Origin: Chiloscyllium plagiosum
Lineage: Eukaryota
Direction: 5' to 3'
NCBI RefSeq assembly: GCF_004010195.1
Contig: NW_025215087.1
Span: forward strand, 1-58,159
Length of the DNA: 58,159 nt
Positions 1-12,539 of this stretch are shown here, piece by piece (position 1 is the stretch's first letter; every line of letters begins with the position of its first letter). The notes under the pieces were generated by a model. The model saw only the letters and a program-made list of their open reading frames with translations, was not told where the DNA came from and did not search any database. The position numbers were made by a program, and so were the translations under genes.

Positions 1-159
1 CCGAACATGTAAAAGGGGACGTTAAAGCTGCAGCAGAAATCCAGCAGAGCTGAGAACAGACCAACATCTTACTCTGTGGGAACAGGGAGATCAACAGAGG
101 ACAGAGAAATCCGGACCCGAAATCCGAGCTGACACCAGACTACCCTGTGATCAGTGCTT

Positions 160-375
160 TGATGAGCAGCACCAACCCTCTCCCTTTACTGAGCTTCCCA
201 TTTGACTACCCCCTCGATATTCAGAATCCAGTCCTTGCCATCCTGAAGCCATGTCCCTGTAAGGTGTCTCAGATCATAATTATTCTCTTCAATGTGTTCA
301 GTCAATTCATTCACTTCTGTTACAATGCAGCTCACATTCAGTTTTTAGTTTCAGTTTTTGTGATCTTCTGAATCC
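160..375 (-). mobile_element. CR1 LINE ORF2 endonuclease N-terminal relic
   Basis: The minus strand reads ENNYDL..TGTWLQDGKDWILNIEG, resembling the APE-endonuclease motif (I.ETWL) of CR1 ORF2. Paralogs lie at ~22910-23140 and ~38965-39210. Confidence 0.6.
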
Positions 376-559
376 AGTTTTGATTGCTGGTATATTTACT
401 CTCCTTGTCCCTTTCTATCATTCTCTGATGTTCATTTCCACATCACGACATTGTTCACCGGCCTTGATTTGGATTGGCCAGGCTAAATTGCCCATAGTGT
501 TCAGGGATGTGCAGGTTAGTTGGGTCAGCCATGGGAAATGCAGGTTTATAGGTTCATTG

Positions 560-860
560 TAATAGAAGCAGGAGTCAGCCAATTGGCCCGTCCTGCCTGC
601 TCTGCCATTCATTAAGATTATGGCTGATCTATCCATCATCTCAGCTCCTCCTCTCTGCAATGTCCCAACTATCCTTAATTCCCCAATTATGCAGAAACCC
701 ATCTAATTGTGTCTTGAATATACTTAACGAAGCTGCCTTCTCTGCTTCCTTGGGCAGAGACTTCCATAGTTTCACTACTCTCCAGGAAAAGCAGTTCCTC
801 ATCATCTCTGTCCTAAATCTACTTCCCCTAATCTTGGGGCCTCGTCTCATTTACCAGCAG
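560..860 (-). mobile_element. CR1 LINE 3' fragment
   Basis: Translates to FRTEMMRNCFSWRVVKLWKSLP (CR1 ORF2 C-terminal FF..RVV..WN.LP motif), followed by a 3' UTR. Confidence 0.8.
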
Positions 861-1079
861 AAATGACTGGATAGGGTAGGGTTTCATCCCCACAGTGCAA
901 TGAATTCCCACTTTCCACCAAATCCCAGATGTACTCACTCACTCACTCAATTGCTGTCTCACAAATGAAAGATTTCATTGTAACTTCTTCTGCTCTGAGT
1001 AAGGGCAAAACATTTTTGAAAGCTGCTCTGAAATTCCAGTCTTCACAACAACACTTCTGCTTTCACTGAAGATGATTAA

Positions 1080-1800
1080 AGTCATACAGCACAGAAACAG
1101 ACCCTTTGGCCCAACTCATCCCCATCCAGTGGCTTTTAAATGTTGTCATTGTACCAGCCTCCCCACTTACTCTGGCAGTTCGTTCCATACACGTTCCACC
1201 TTCTGTCTGAAAATATGTTGCCCCTCAGGTCCCTTTCCCTACTCACCTTATACTTCCACCCCTTTAGTTCTGGACTCCCCTACCATGGAGAAAAGACCTT
1301 GGGTATTCACCCTATCCATGCCCCTTATAAACTTCTTTAAATGTTACCACTCAGTCTCTGATGCTCCAAAGAAAATATCTCCCTGGCCTGTTCAGCCCCT
1401 TCCTGCAGCTCAAACCCTCCTAATCTGGCAACAGCCTTCTAAATATTTTCTGACCCCTCTCAAAGTTTCATAACATCTTTCCTACATCAGAGAGACCAGA
1501 ATTGAATGCAGTATTCCAAAAATGGCCTAACCAATGTCCTGTACAGCCGCAAAATGATCTCCCAGTTCCTATACTGAACGCTCTGGCCAATAAAGGAAAG
1601 CATACCAAACACCTTGTTCACTATACTGTCTATGTAAGACTCCACCTTCAAGGAACTATGAACCTGCACTCCAAGGTCTCTTTGTTCTGCGACACTCCCC
1701 TTAACTCAGTCAGTCCTGCCTGGATTGCTGTACCAAAATGCAACATCTCACATTTCTCTGTATTAAACCCCATCTGCTACTCCTTGGCCCATCCGATCAA
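1080..1800 (-). mobile_element. CR1 LINE 3' fragment (degenerate)
   Basis: ILRLYRTLVRPFLEYCIQFWS motif at 1487-1669, followed by the CR1 3' end. Confidence 0.85.
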
Positions 1801-1959
1801 TTCTAATTTATGCTAAACTCTCTTTCCTCTCTTATTCCCTCGAAGCTGAAAATCTCTGTCCCACATACTCTCCCTCCATTCTCTCATTGCTGAACCTAAT
1901 CCCTGCTGTACCTCAGCTTGAAGGGTCTGTTTCATGCTGATTAACAGGCCCACACTCAG

Positions 1960-2860
1960 AGGGATCTAATGGAAACATACAGAATACTGAATGGCCTGGA
2001 CAGAGTAGACTTTCAGAGGATGTTTCCATTGGTAGGAGAGACTAGGACCGGAGGGCACAACCTTCGAGTAAAGGGAAGGCGTTTTAGAACGCAGATAAGG
2101 AGATACTTCTTCAGTGAAAGAGTGGTGAATCTATGGAATTCATTTCTACAGAAGGTTGCAGAGGCCAGGTCACTGAGGATATTTAAGACTGAGGTAGATA
2201 GGTTCCTGAGTATCATGGGGATGGAGAGTTCCAGGGAGAGCGCAGGAGAATGGGGTTGAGAAACCTATCAGCCACGATTGAATGGTATGAACAGATCTGA
2301 TGGGCTGAATGGCCTAATTTCTGCTCCTATGTCTTATGGTCTCTTGCTGTCCTGGCCACAGTGAGAGAATTGGCAGCAGGAGTTGGCCATTTGGTCTTTT
2401 GAGCCTGCACAAGCATTGAACAGATCATAACTGAATATGGATCTACTTACATCTAGGTGAATAGGCTGGAACGTTTTCACTGGAACATAGAAGATTGAGA
2501 GGTGGCCTTATTGAGGTTTATAAAATCACGAGGAGCATAGATGAGGTCAATATCAGCTGTTGTTTCAAGAATAGGGAGCAATCTTTTTCAGGTGAGAGGA
2601 GAAAATTTTTTAAAAGACATGAGGAGCACATTTTTCGTTTAAGAGAGTGGAATGTGTGTCAAATAAATGTCCAGAGGAAGTAGTGAATGCAGGTACAGTA
2701 ACAACATTTAAAATAAATTTGAATAAGTGCACAAATAGAAAAGTTTCAGAAGGATATGGGCCAAACATTGGCAGGTGGGACTAGTTTAGTTTGTGAATAT
2801 AGTCAGCATGGACTAGTTGGACTGTAGGGTCTGTTTCTGTGCTGTATGACTCTGTAACTA
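1960..2860 (+). mobile_element. Two CR1 LINE 3' fragments (~1960-2340 and ~2455-2860)
   Basis: ETYRILNGLDRVD...TGGHNLRV...FFSERVVNLWNS and RLRGGLIEVYKI motifs, each with a CR1 3' tail. Confidence 0.85.
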
Positions 2861-3569
2861 TTCTATAGTGGTCTTAAAACCATTTTCTTGCCTTCCCCCA
2901 AAACCATCCACTTCTTTGTTCATCAAAGTCAAATGAACTCAGCCTTGAATACATTCAATGACCGGCCTAACTGCTGAAAGACATCCACACTTCTGAACTC
3001 AATTCCTCTTGCTAATATATCACTTGCTTTGCTCATTGCTTGCTGCACCTGTCTGACAACTGGCAGTAACTGGTTTCGAAGGACGCTGAGGTCCCTTTGT
3101 CCATCCACACATCTTTCCTGACGAAGAGCTCGTGCCCGAAACGTCGACTCTCCTCCTCAGTTGCTGCCTTACCTGCTGTGGTTTTCCAGCGCCACAATAT
3201 TCAACTCTGATCTCCAGCATCTCACTTTCGCCACATCTCAACAGATCACCATTTAAACAATGCACCTCCTTTCTGCTTTTTTTTACAGACATCAAAGACT
3301 GTACCTTTACATTGTGGCACTGCGTTTGCAAAGTGAGACACAGACCTGGATCAACTTTTCCAGAGTCTGCCCCCTCCCTCGATTCACCCTTTCCTTTCAT
3401 TTGCTACAAATCAGTAATTGAACCCCAGAATGAAAAGAAAATGGAAAACGTGTTGACAAAAACACTATTATACTCACAAATTTTAGACAGAGGAAGGAAT
3501 TTATAGTTTGGGGTGAGGTTTAATCTTCATTCAGTGACAAAAGAGCAGCATCAGCGACTTCAGAGCTCA

Positions 3570-3780
3570 CGGTCCAACTTCCGCATTTCGACAACGGCCG
3601 ACTCTGATTGGCAGGAGGACCAAACTCCTTCGGGTCCTCCAAGGTTCTCTATTGGTCCATGGAAAGGAGCTCGTGCGCCTTTTCTCCAGACACCCAACAG
3701 TCTGCGCAGTACTTTGCTGACACCGACAGACATGCGCAGTGCTAACTGACACCGCGGAGCATGCTCAGTATGCTCTGTCA
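3570..3780 (-). promoter_or_regulatory. Orphan Pol II promoter-like module (paralog ~19490-19700 on +)
   Basis: CpG-rich. Two CCAAT boxes (ATTGG at 3607 and 3651), an ETS site CGGAAGT (3577-3583) and an NRF1-like TGCGCATG (3731-3738). Confidence 0.4.
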
Positions 3781-5329
3781 CAATGCTGGTGTTAACTGAC
3801 AAATTTTAGAGTTAAAAATCACAAAACACTGGTTATAGTCCAACAGGCTTATTTGGAAGCACGGGTTTTTGGAGCGCTGCTCCTTCATCAGGTGGTTGTG
3901 GAGTATAACATGGTAACACNNNNNNNNNNNNNGAAGGAGCCACGCTCCGAAAGCTAAGTGTTTCTAAACAAGCCGATTGGACTGTAACCTGGTGTTGTGT
4001 GATTTTTAACTTTGTACACCCCAGTCCAGCACGGGCACCTCCAGATCATGACAAATTTTCAGTGTCCAAATGCGAATACGAGAGAAAAATGCCAACGCCA
4101 TTTTTTTTGCCGGAATGTTTTTTTCCCCTGTGCGTCGACGTTTTATTCCTTTTGCATTTTGTCTGGCTGCTCAACGTTCCTGTCTTTACCCCAGGGTAGA
4201 GGTATTCCAATACTAGAGAGTACAGGTTTAGGGTGAGGAGGAAAGTTTTGAAGAGATTCAAAAGACTCGGCATAGAACATTCACCCCCTACAGGGCGAAA
4301 GTGACGACTGCAGATGCTGGTGATTAGGGTCGACAGTGTGTGCTGGAAAAGCGCAGCAGGTCAGGCAGCGTGCGAGGAGCAGGAGAATCGACGTTTCCGG
4401 CAAAACCCTTCATCAGGAAATAGCTATGTGGAATTGCAGAGCTGTAGCATAATCGAGTGGGTCTGGATGGGATGCTATTNNNNNNNNNNNNNNNNNNNNN
4501 NNNNNNNNNNNNNNNNNNNNNNNNNNNTACCAGTTCTGGGGAAGGTAGGATTGTGCTGTCTCTCTCTTCACACTCTGCCCCTCCGTCCATTTTCTCCCCA
4601 CCCACTGCCCCCTGCCCATTTTCTCTCCTCACACTGCACCCCCATTCTCTCCCCATAACCCTCTGAACACCAGTCCTTCTCTACCCCCAACCTCTGTTCC
4701 CCTCTCCATTTCACTCCCTTCTCCACCCCCACCAGTGCCCCTCCCCCTCCTTTCTGGTACCTCAGCCCTCTTTGATCGCTGTATCAAGCCCTTTTAAGGA
4801 GAGAGAGAGAGAGAGAATGGGTGGTGACGATTCTACCTGGGAAACAGGGTGTGCGAGAAATGACTGATTTTTAAAATTGAGAATAGCTAAAATCGTATAT
4901 TCAGAAACGTTGTTAAAGTCTGGAAGAATGTTCTTTAAAAAAAAAAACAAGCTGTAGAAACCTTTCTGAAACTTGCATTGATATATGCACAGTTAGGCCA
5001 CAACCAAGGACAGGTTGTAGGAGTGAATGAGTGAATAAAAGACAAGTCCCACCTCGCCCATGAGGAGAAAGTGAGAACTGCAGATGCTGGAGATCAGAGT
5101 CGAGAGTGTGGTGTTGAAAAAGCACAGCAGGTCAGGCAGCATCCAAGGAGCAGGAGAATCAACGTTTCAGACATAAGCCCTTCACCTTGCCCTCTCCAGT
5201 GTGTGTTGTGAAACTGCTTAATCATTTCTAGTGGCCGAGCAAAGGCTGATAACAAGTTTAGAACACACGAGAGTGACCTCAGCTGAGACCTTGGATTCAT
5301 GTCTCACTACAGGAGACCCAGCTACACAA

Positions 5330-5930
5330 TACACACACAAACTCTCTCTCTCACATACACACACAAACACACTGATAGACAGGCTCTCTCTCAGACACAC
5401 ATTGATTCACCCCTCACACTCACATCCATGCACACATCTTCTCACACAATTATACTCCATCACATGCACACTATACCCAGCATGCACACGCACACACACA
5501 GACGTTCTGTCTCATGCATGCACTCGCACATAGAAGTCTTTGGGGTGAATTGCATTTGCAGGATTATATATTTGGAAATAGAACCATTCTGACTCAAGAC
5601 TGGGATACATAAAGCCTCTAACCTCACAGCTCTCATGCGTTGTCTGACCTGAGTTGTCACCTCCCTTTATAAAACATTAAGTTACCTGGAGAATATGACT
5701 AAAAAGAAGTTCTGGCATTGACAGATTAATGAACCGAAATCTGCAACCCATTTTAAAAGATGAAAGACTCAACAGGTTTCTTCAATATATCATTTATGTT
5801 GCATGACACTATAATCTTTTGTTATACATTCTGTGTCTTACCATCCTACTGAAGGAACAGCGCTCCAAAACCTAGTGCTTCCAAATAAACTTGTTGGACT
5901 ATACCCTGGTGTTTGTGTCATTTTAAAACT
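5330..5930 (+). mobile_element. Penelope-derived non-autonomous repeat with (CA)-rich tract
   Basis: Ends in a decayed copy of the ...GAAGGAGCAGCGCTCCGAAAGCTAGTGCTTCCAAATAAA...GTTGGACTATA terminal unit also seen at ~3810-4050, 13863-14000 and ~19200-19470. Confidence 0.55.
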
Positions 5931-6614
5931 TTGTTTCCAGTGAATACAGCCCACACCTCCCACTGTTGCCAGTAAACTTTGCAATGCCAATGAAACAATA
6001 AACCTGCAGTCCTGAAAAATTTACAATTTCGAACAATACTAGCTACTCATTCACTGCTCCTTCTGAGACTCGACATTGGAAACTCGGTGCTGGTGGCTGA
6101 AAGAAATGAGAAACTGTTGGATCTCACAGCTTTCAATGAGAGTTTAAGCCTGGCGGTAAGTTCAGGTAACCTTTACTGCGACCCAAGTTTGTTCCAGCTT
6201 CAGATCTCCACATCACAAGGCGTACAAAAAGTAGCTTTTCTTAAAAAAAAAGCACCTCAAGCTCAAAGTGCACACACTCACCCCCACTCCCCCCACCACA
6301 CTTTCTTTATTATTGGTCAGTTAGTTGTCCCTTTGTAACTGGATCCTTCGTACAGCCGGGTAAAGCATGCAGCTGGGACGACTGAGTGAATCCTTTCCCG
6401 CAACGGCAGTTTCCATCACTGAAAAGGACATGAGTGAATCAGGTGGGTTTTTGCCCTCTGAAAATGGTTTCATCCTTAGATTCTGAAGTTCAGATTACTG
6501 ACCGATTCCCAATTCTGCATCCGCCGCGACGGGATTCGAACCTGAGAGTCCCCAGAGCGGGGTTGTCAGCGGCGCTCGGCCATCGCTCCTTCCACCCCCC
6601 CACCCCCCGCGATG

Positions 6615-6955
6615 GCACGTGAACGCGCTGGTGCCTCCGCAGGTGGGAGGAGCAGGTGAAGCCCTCCCGGCACTGACAGCAGGTGAACGGCCTCTCTCCG
6701 GTGTGGACCCACTGGTGGGTCAGCAGTGCAGCTGACTGAGTGAACCCCCTCCCGCACATGGGACACGTGAATGGTTTCTATCACTTGTGGACCCACTCGT
6801 GCGTCTCCAGATGGCTGATCCGACTGAAGTCCTTCCTGCACACTGAGCAGATGAATGGCGTCTCCCCGGTGTGAATACGTCTATGGGTTTCCAGCAGGGA
6901 TGGGGAAGGGAATCCTTTCCCTCAGTCCCCACATTTCCACAGTTTCCCCATTGGG
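6615..6955 (-). pseudogene. C2H2 zinc-finger pseudogene (about 4 fingers), copy A
   Basis: [49 protein letters not shown] with HTGE linkers; in-frame TGA/TAG stops and a frameshift upstream. Candidate splice acceptor near 7278. Confidence 0.85.
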
Positions 6956-8561
6956 GGAGCTTTCCTTGTGTTGGTCTGTGTTTGAAATTACAATCAGAAC
7001 GGGGACATAGTCTATCCCCACCGTGAGGGGTGAGATTTTGATTCCCCAAGCTGAGTAAATGGTGTGAAGCACTTTTCACAGTCAGCGCACTGAATCTCCC
7101 TCACTCGGTGTCTCAGTATTCTTCCTGCCGCACCAGTGTCCAAAATCTTTCAAGCAAACAAAAGCAACCATGTCTTCTTGATTGGAATGGCTGCTGATAT
7201 TCAAATTCCAATGAATCGAGTGGCTCTGTCAGAAGTTGATGTATCATTTGTTTTCAGATTTCTTTCGGCACGTCTTCCTGCAAAGAAAAAATACAAAATA
7301 AGTGATCACTGGCAGTACACTTAAACGAACATAACATAGGTGGCAGTTCCTGTAGTTTGCCAGATGCCTGCTGATCACATAATACCCAGCACACAGAAAC
7401 CTGAAATCCCTCATGCAGCCAGATGGACTTAGGTGTGTTTAGAGGAAAACTTCATTCAAATCTAATCTAAACTATTCTTAAACTAAATACGTGTGCATAT
7501 ATATATATACCAATATGCCAATCCTTTCAATGCGGCTCACTTCCATGAGAAACTACACTTTTAATTGTGAACATGAGGAAAAAAGCAACCATTTTCCAGG
7601 GTGCAAACTGCATACGTGCCAAACTGAGGGAATACACAAGGAAAATAACTAAAAGGGAGGTAGAAAGTATTTGAGCACCTTTGCAGAACTGCTCTATCTC
7701 TGGATTCACTCCAGTTGCTACGGGTCAGGCAGCCCTGCATCGGGAAGCACTGGGATGGTCAACTACGACCAGTTTACATGGAGAACGCATCTCCACATTA
7801 AACAGCCTCGAGGCAAACTTCCTTCCACTTAAAGTTCAAAACCCCTCAAAGCGAAATTCCCCAGGTAAGGTTGGAAGAATTTCTTCCAGGTGTTCACTAA
7901 TCATTTCTATGAGCACTTTGTTAAAGTTTGAATATTGCGAGTTTTGAAAATTAGTGATTCTGAGTGAAATCACAATTCGAAAAATAGAATGTGGGAATTT
8001 AGACAGAGTTTATTTTTGCACATCGACGATATGTCTGTACAACAGCATATGACACGACAGCAGTGAAGATCTTTTGACGTCATTCTCAAACGTGCCTGCC
8101 ACACGCCAGATGAAAAGCNNNNNNNNNNNNNNNNNNNNNNNNNNCAACGTCGTCTTTAGCAGCTTTCCCGTATAACGGCGCTCTGTTCTGCACCTTGCCT
8201 TCTCATCCGCTTCCCAAAAAAGCTGCGTCTCTGAACTTGATTTGTGCAAAAATGCCCCATTTATTTTCTCAAAAAGCACCGTCGTGAAACGATGTTGGGC
8301 TGCCTGGAGAACGAATGGGGCAGAAAACAGGCAAGTGAAATGGTGTCGACCCAGCAGAGCGAAGGTGGGCCGCATGGCGTCTATTCTGAGTGAAATCACA
8401 GTTCGACCAACAGAATGTGGGAAGTTAGAAAAAGTTTATATTTACACAGCCTCCATACGTCTGCGCAACACCATATAAGACGACAGCAGCGGAGATCTTT
8501 GACAACAGTCTCGTCAGACGAAAGGCTGAAGGGACCTGTGGAAAACGGCGCTGTGCGTGGG

Positions 8562-8632
8562 AGCAGAGTGGCGCAGCGGGAGCGTGCTGTACCTGTAACC
8601 CAGAGGTCGATGGATCGAACCATCCTCTGCTA
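8562..8632 (+). pseudogene. tRNA-iMet-derived pseudogene (anticodon mutated to TGT)
   Basis: AGCAGAGTGGCGCAGCGGGAGCGTGCTGTACCTGTAACCCAGAGGTCGATGGATCGAACCATCCTCTGCTA matches the vertebrate initiator tRNA, with two anticodon-stem mismatches, CAT->TGT and a 1-nt T-loop deletion. Confidence 0.9.
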
Positions 8633-9509
8633 TTGTTCAGTGTCTCCTTGAGCGACTTTCCTTTGTGATGGGACTCCGTTCGGCATCTTGCCTTTCAAAA
8701 GACTTCCTGAGTGTCTAAATGCCCCGTATCATACCTGTAGTGTGGCGAAACTCACACCGTTCAAGAGGAGGTCTGAGTGGTCTTCTCCTGTTCTTCGTTG
8801 GTTTTCTATGAACTGAACCGCAAAACCACTTCTCTGAGATGCCAATGAGCTGAAACGCATACCTTGTGGTTTCGTGCCTTGCCTGCTGTAATTCGCCACG
8901 CCGGTTCGGACGTGAACAACAAGACGATCAGCATGTCAGAAACGGTATCACCATTCAGACACAGTCCCTTAGTATTCGGACAGATATCACTGATTGTGAA
9001 TCACCTCAGAAAGAGACAAGTGGCAGAGAGTCGCCGTGGACACGATGGGCTGGACCGCCTCTGTCGGCGGGCGAACGATGGTACGTGTTTATGCCGTCCC
9101 ACTGCCTGTCTCTGGGACAGAGAGGCTGAGGGAGCGACAATGGTTCATTTAACCATCCCTTCCGTGTTGGACTGCCTGCAGTCCCGCAGCTCAGGGCCGT
9201 GGGGATGACTCTCAGTGAGTGAAGGTTTCACTCGGATTCTCTTCGGGGCACTTAGGCTCAGGTGTTAACTGCTGCGCGGTCGCAGCGATGAAAGCGATGC
9301 CCACTTTGCGAGAGATTTTCTGTAAGATTGCTGCGTGAAGACGAATTCTGAACACCAAGCAGGCTGCACAACAATGTACTCATATGAATCTACTTGAGGG
9401 AAGAGTCCTCGGTGTCCATTTCTCTCTGCCCCGCCAGCACAGCATCTTTCTATCTCTCCGATAACAGACGTTTGGAGGAAATTCACAAAGTTTCCCACTT
9501 CCCACTCAT

Positions 9510-9817
9510 TACAATACTTACAGTGTGGAAAAAGGCCCTTCGGCCCAACAAGTCCACACCGACCCGCCGAAGTCCAACTCACCCATACCCCTACATTTAC
9601 CCCTTACCTAACACTACGGGGAATTTAGCATGGCCAATTCACCTGACCTGCACATCTTTGGATTGTGGGAAGAAACCGGAGCACCCGGAGGAAACCCATG
9701 CAGACACGGGGAGAACCTGCAAACTCCACACAGTCAGTCACCTGAGGCGGGAATTTAACCCGGGTCTCTAGCGCTGTGAGGCAGCAGTGCTAACCACTGT
9801 GCGACCGTGCCGCCCAC
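9510..9817 (-). mobile_element. HE1-type tRNA-derived SINE (well preserved)
   Basis: Head GGCGGCACGGTCGCACAGTGGTTAGCACTGCTGCCTCACAGCGC...GGTTAAATTCC, central TGTGGAGTTTGCA core and CR1-like tail. Confidence 0.85.
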
Positions 9818-10249
9818 AAAGTGTAAGTGATACCTCTCACCCCAAGGGATTGGGAGTTAAAAAGCAGAAGAGCGAATGGACTCTTCCCTCCCTCCAGAAA
9901 AGCTGACAAGTAGAAACAAATTGGTTTAATTATCCGCCAGTGGAGATAGACCAGTTCCTGGGGATGAGACAAACATCAGCGCCCCGGGGACAGCATGATG
10001 TTCTGGAAACACTTTGCTGCTTGCAATTCTTGGAGCAATGTGGAATGTATTTCGCACTGAGCAAGTTTCAGCTGGCTCAGAGTCTCTAGTGTACATTGCT
10101 CTCTGAGTTTATATTTGCACATCGGCGACATGTCTGCACAACAGCACATGACACTACAGCAGTGAAGATCTTTTGACGTCATTCTCGAACATGCAAGTCA
10201 CACGCCAGATGAAAAGCTGAATACTTCTCTGGAAAAGTTACCGTGCAAT

Positions 10250-10310
10250 GCAGGAGATTGGCACAACGGGTGCATGCTGGGATCATAACCCAGAAGTGAA
10301 ACCATTTTCT
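10250..10310 (+). pseudogene. Highly degenerate tRNA-iMet relic
   Basis: GGCACAACGGGTGCATGCTGGGATCATAACCCAGAAG retains the CAT anticodon arm; the T arm is largely deleted. A weaker relic with the same flanks lies at ~33335-33380. Confidence 0.55.
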
Positions 10311-11114
10311 CCGACTCACTTAATGTCTTTAGTGGCTTTCCCGTATAACGGCGCCCTGTTCTTTTCCTTGCCATGTCATTTGTTTCCTAAAACTTCGGGT
10401 ATCTGAGCTCAATATATCACATCGATGCACAAGTCAAATTTACACAGTTGCGCTGGCACCCTTGTGGAACTCTGAGTTGTCTTGTCCAGTTCTCTGTCGG
10501 TGTGTCCTAATCTCGTGTGAAACCTCTGCTCTCAGATGGCAATGAACCGGCGAAGTTGAAACACATGACTTGCTGTTTTAGTCCATTTCCCGCAGGAAAG
10601 AAACCAACAGTGTAAGAAAAGACTTCCTGCAGGATTGTTGTGTTAAGACAAATTCTGAACACCAAGCAGGCTGTACAAAAATGTACTCATATCAATTTAC
10701 CTGAGGGAAGAGTCTCCGGTGTCCATTTCTCTCTGTCCCGACGGCACGGCATCTTTCTATCTCTCCGTTAACAGGGCCTTTGGAACAAGTTCAAAGTTGC
10801 CCATCTCCTACGCATGACTGTAACTGACTTCTCCTGCCTCACGTAATAGTGTGAGAGAGCAGAAGAGTGAATGGGCTCTGCCTTCCACCAGCACAGCTTG
10901 CAAGTAGAAACGAAATTGTTCAATTATCCACCAGTGGAGAGAGCCCGGTCCCTGGGGACGGGACAAACAGCAGCGTCCTAGGAGCAGGGAGACAGATTGA
11001 GAAGCAGATGTTCTTGAAGCTCTTCCTTACTTGCAATTCTGGGAGCAATGTACAATGTATTTCATACTGAACAAGTCTCAGCTGCTTCCGGAGGTGGCTG
11101 CAGCCATGGCTGGT

Positions 11115-11206
11115 GGCTCGTTAGTCTGGGATATGATTCTAGCTTTGGGTCTTCGAGCATATGCAGCCGTGTGAGAATTCCCGGGTTCCCAACCCCAGGC
11201 GAACCA
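11115..11206 (+). pseudogene. Intron-containing tRNA-Pro-TGG pseudogene (20-nt intron 11150-11169)
   Basis: GGCTCGTTAGTCTGGGATATGATTCTAGCTTTGGG[TCTTCGAGCATATGCAGCCG]TGTGAGAATTCCCGGGTTCCCAACCCCAGGCGAACC. A box, B box and stems are damaged. Confidence 0.8.
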
Positions 11207-12276
11207 TCATTCCTTAAATTGACCTGAGCAAAAATACCTGATGAATTTTCTCAAAAAGCCGCTTCGTCAAATAAGATCGGACTGTCTGAATTAGGGACGG
11301 CGCAGAGCTGCCATTGCAGTGAACACGGCGAAGGGAAACACTTGTTCAAAGTGAGAACAAGTATTGCAGATTTTTCGCCCGCGCAATCCGAGTCTGAATG
11401 AATCCTCCACCTGTATTACGCTCAATTCTGAGGGTGACACTTCAGGAAGCGGGGAAGTGAAGTGATTGCAGACAGCTCTGAACAGGTTAACGTGAATGGT
11501 ACCGTCCTGAGGAATGTCAGCAATGAAGGGAGATTGGAAAGTTTGGGGCAGCTCTCTTTGGAGAACAAAGGGCTGAAAGCTGGTCTGATTGAGGTTTTCA
11601 ACGTCATGAGGGTTTTATACAGAGGAAATAATGCAGTGAAAATGCTCCCAGGCCTGAAAGGACCGAGAATGATTTGGCAGAGATTTAAAGTCATCAGGAA
11701 AATAAGTAAAAGTGACATTAGGAAGACCGTTTTCGCACAGGGAGTGGGGTCAGTAAGTCGCTGTCTGACAGTGACAAAGAGGCAGATTCAATGGACACAA
11801 AAGGGAATTCGGTGGGGCATGTTCAATGTGACAATATGCAGATTTACAGGGAGAAGACGACAGAATGAGACACTTATTTACATATTGTGTTGAGCCTGGT
11901 GAAGGTGAAACACATCAGTTGCGGTGTGTTCCATGTGCAGGAGGCCCTGCAGTAATTCCCCACGCTGTTTCACACAGCAGCATCCTCTCGGTGAATTACG
12001 CTTGGCAAAAAATCGATTGAACCAAATCAGTGTCCGCCACTGGATTTTACTGACACCGTTTATAAAATTCAGGCTCACCGTTAATGTGGAGAGAGGCCGT
12101 CAGACTAGAGTTTCCGCTTCTCCTGTTGAATAAAGATAATTTTAACTGTGTCCAGTGAAAGGAAAGGATTTGCAGTTGGTGGGAAACATTTCTATCTGAA
12201 CTCGCTAACATTCTCCTGATAGATTGGAACATAAAGCTGGGAGTCTCTGGATTATGTTGTAAAACTATCGGTATTA

Positions 12277-12317
12277 CGTTATTCACACCGCGCCGTCACC
12301 AACTGAACGAACCGGCT
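12277..12317 (-). pseudogene. 5' half relic of tRNA-Ile-AAT
   Basis: Minus strand AGCCGGTTCGTTCAGTTGGTGACGGCGCGGTGTGAATAACG resembles GGCCGGTTAGCTCAGTTGGTTAGAGCGTGGTGCTAATAACG; the 3' half is missing. Confidence 0.55.
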
Positions 12318-12539
12318 GCCCAGAGGGAGACGGCTGTGTTTAAATCCCGTGATGAACTGGGGGAGCTGAGCATTTACCAAGACAATGGGCACACCACCTC
12401 CCTGACACAGTGTTCACAAATCAAACTGACAGCAAAGCTTCACGTGTGATCGAAAATTTCCGCAAAGAAGATTTGGCTCAACAGATTTCCGGAGTGAAGT
12501 ACTCCTTTCTTGGTTTGAAATGTAAGAAGTTGATGTCAG

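Larger units (their letters stand above)
1..7720 (-). repeat. Segmental duplication arm A, inverted copy of ~16205-23290
   Basis: The reverse complement of 1-200 matches 23100-23290 and that of 7520-7720 matches 16205-16410. The intervening repeats, promoter-like module and ZF relic are collinear in inverted order. Confidence 0.9.

Noticed and set aside
9740..9817. tRNA-like heads at ~9740-9817, 26526, 40397, 44150, 48146 and 51660
   Set aside because: They are SINE heads followed by SINE core and tail sequence, not tRNA genes.
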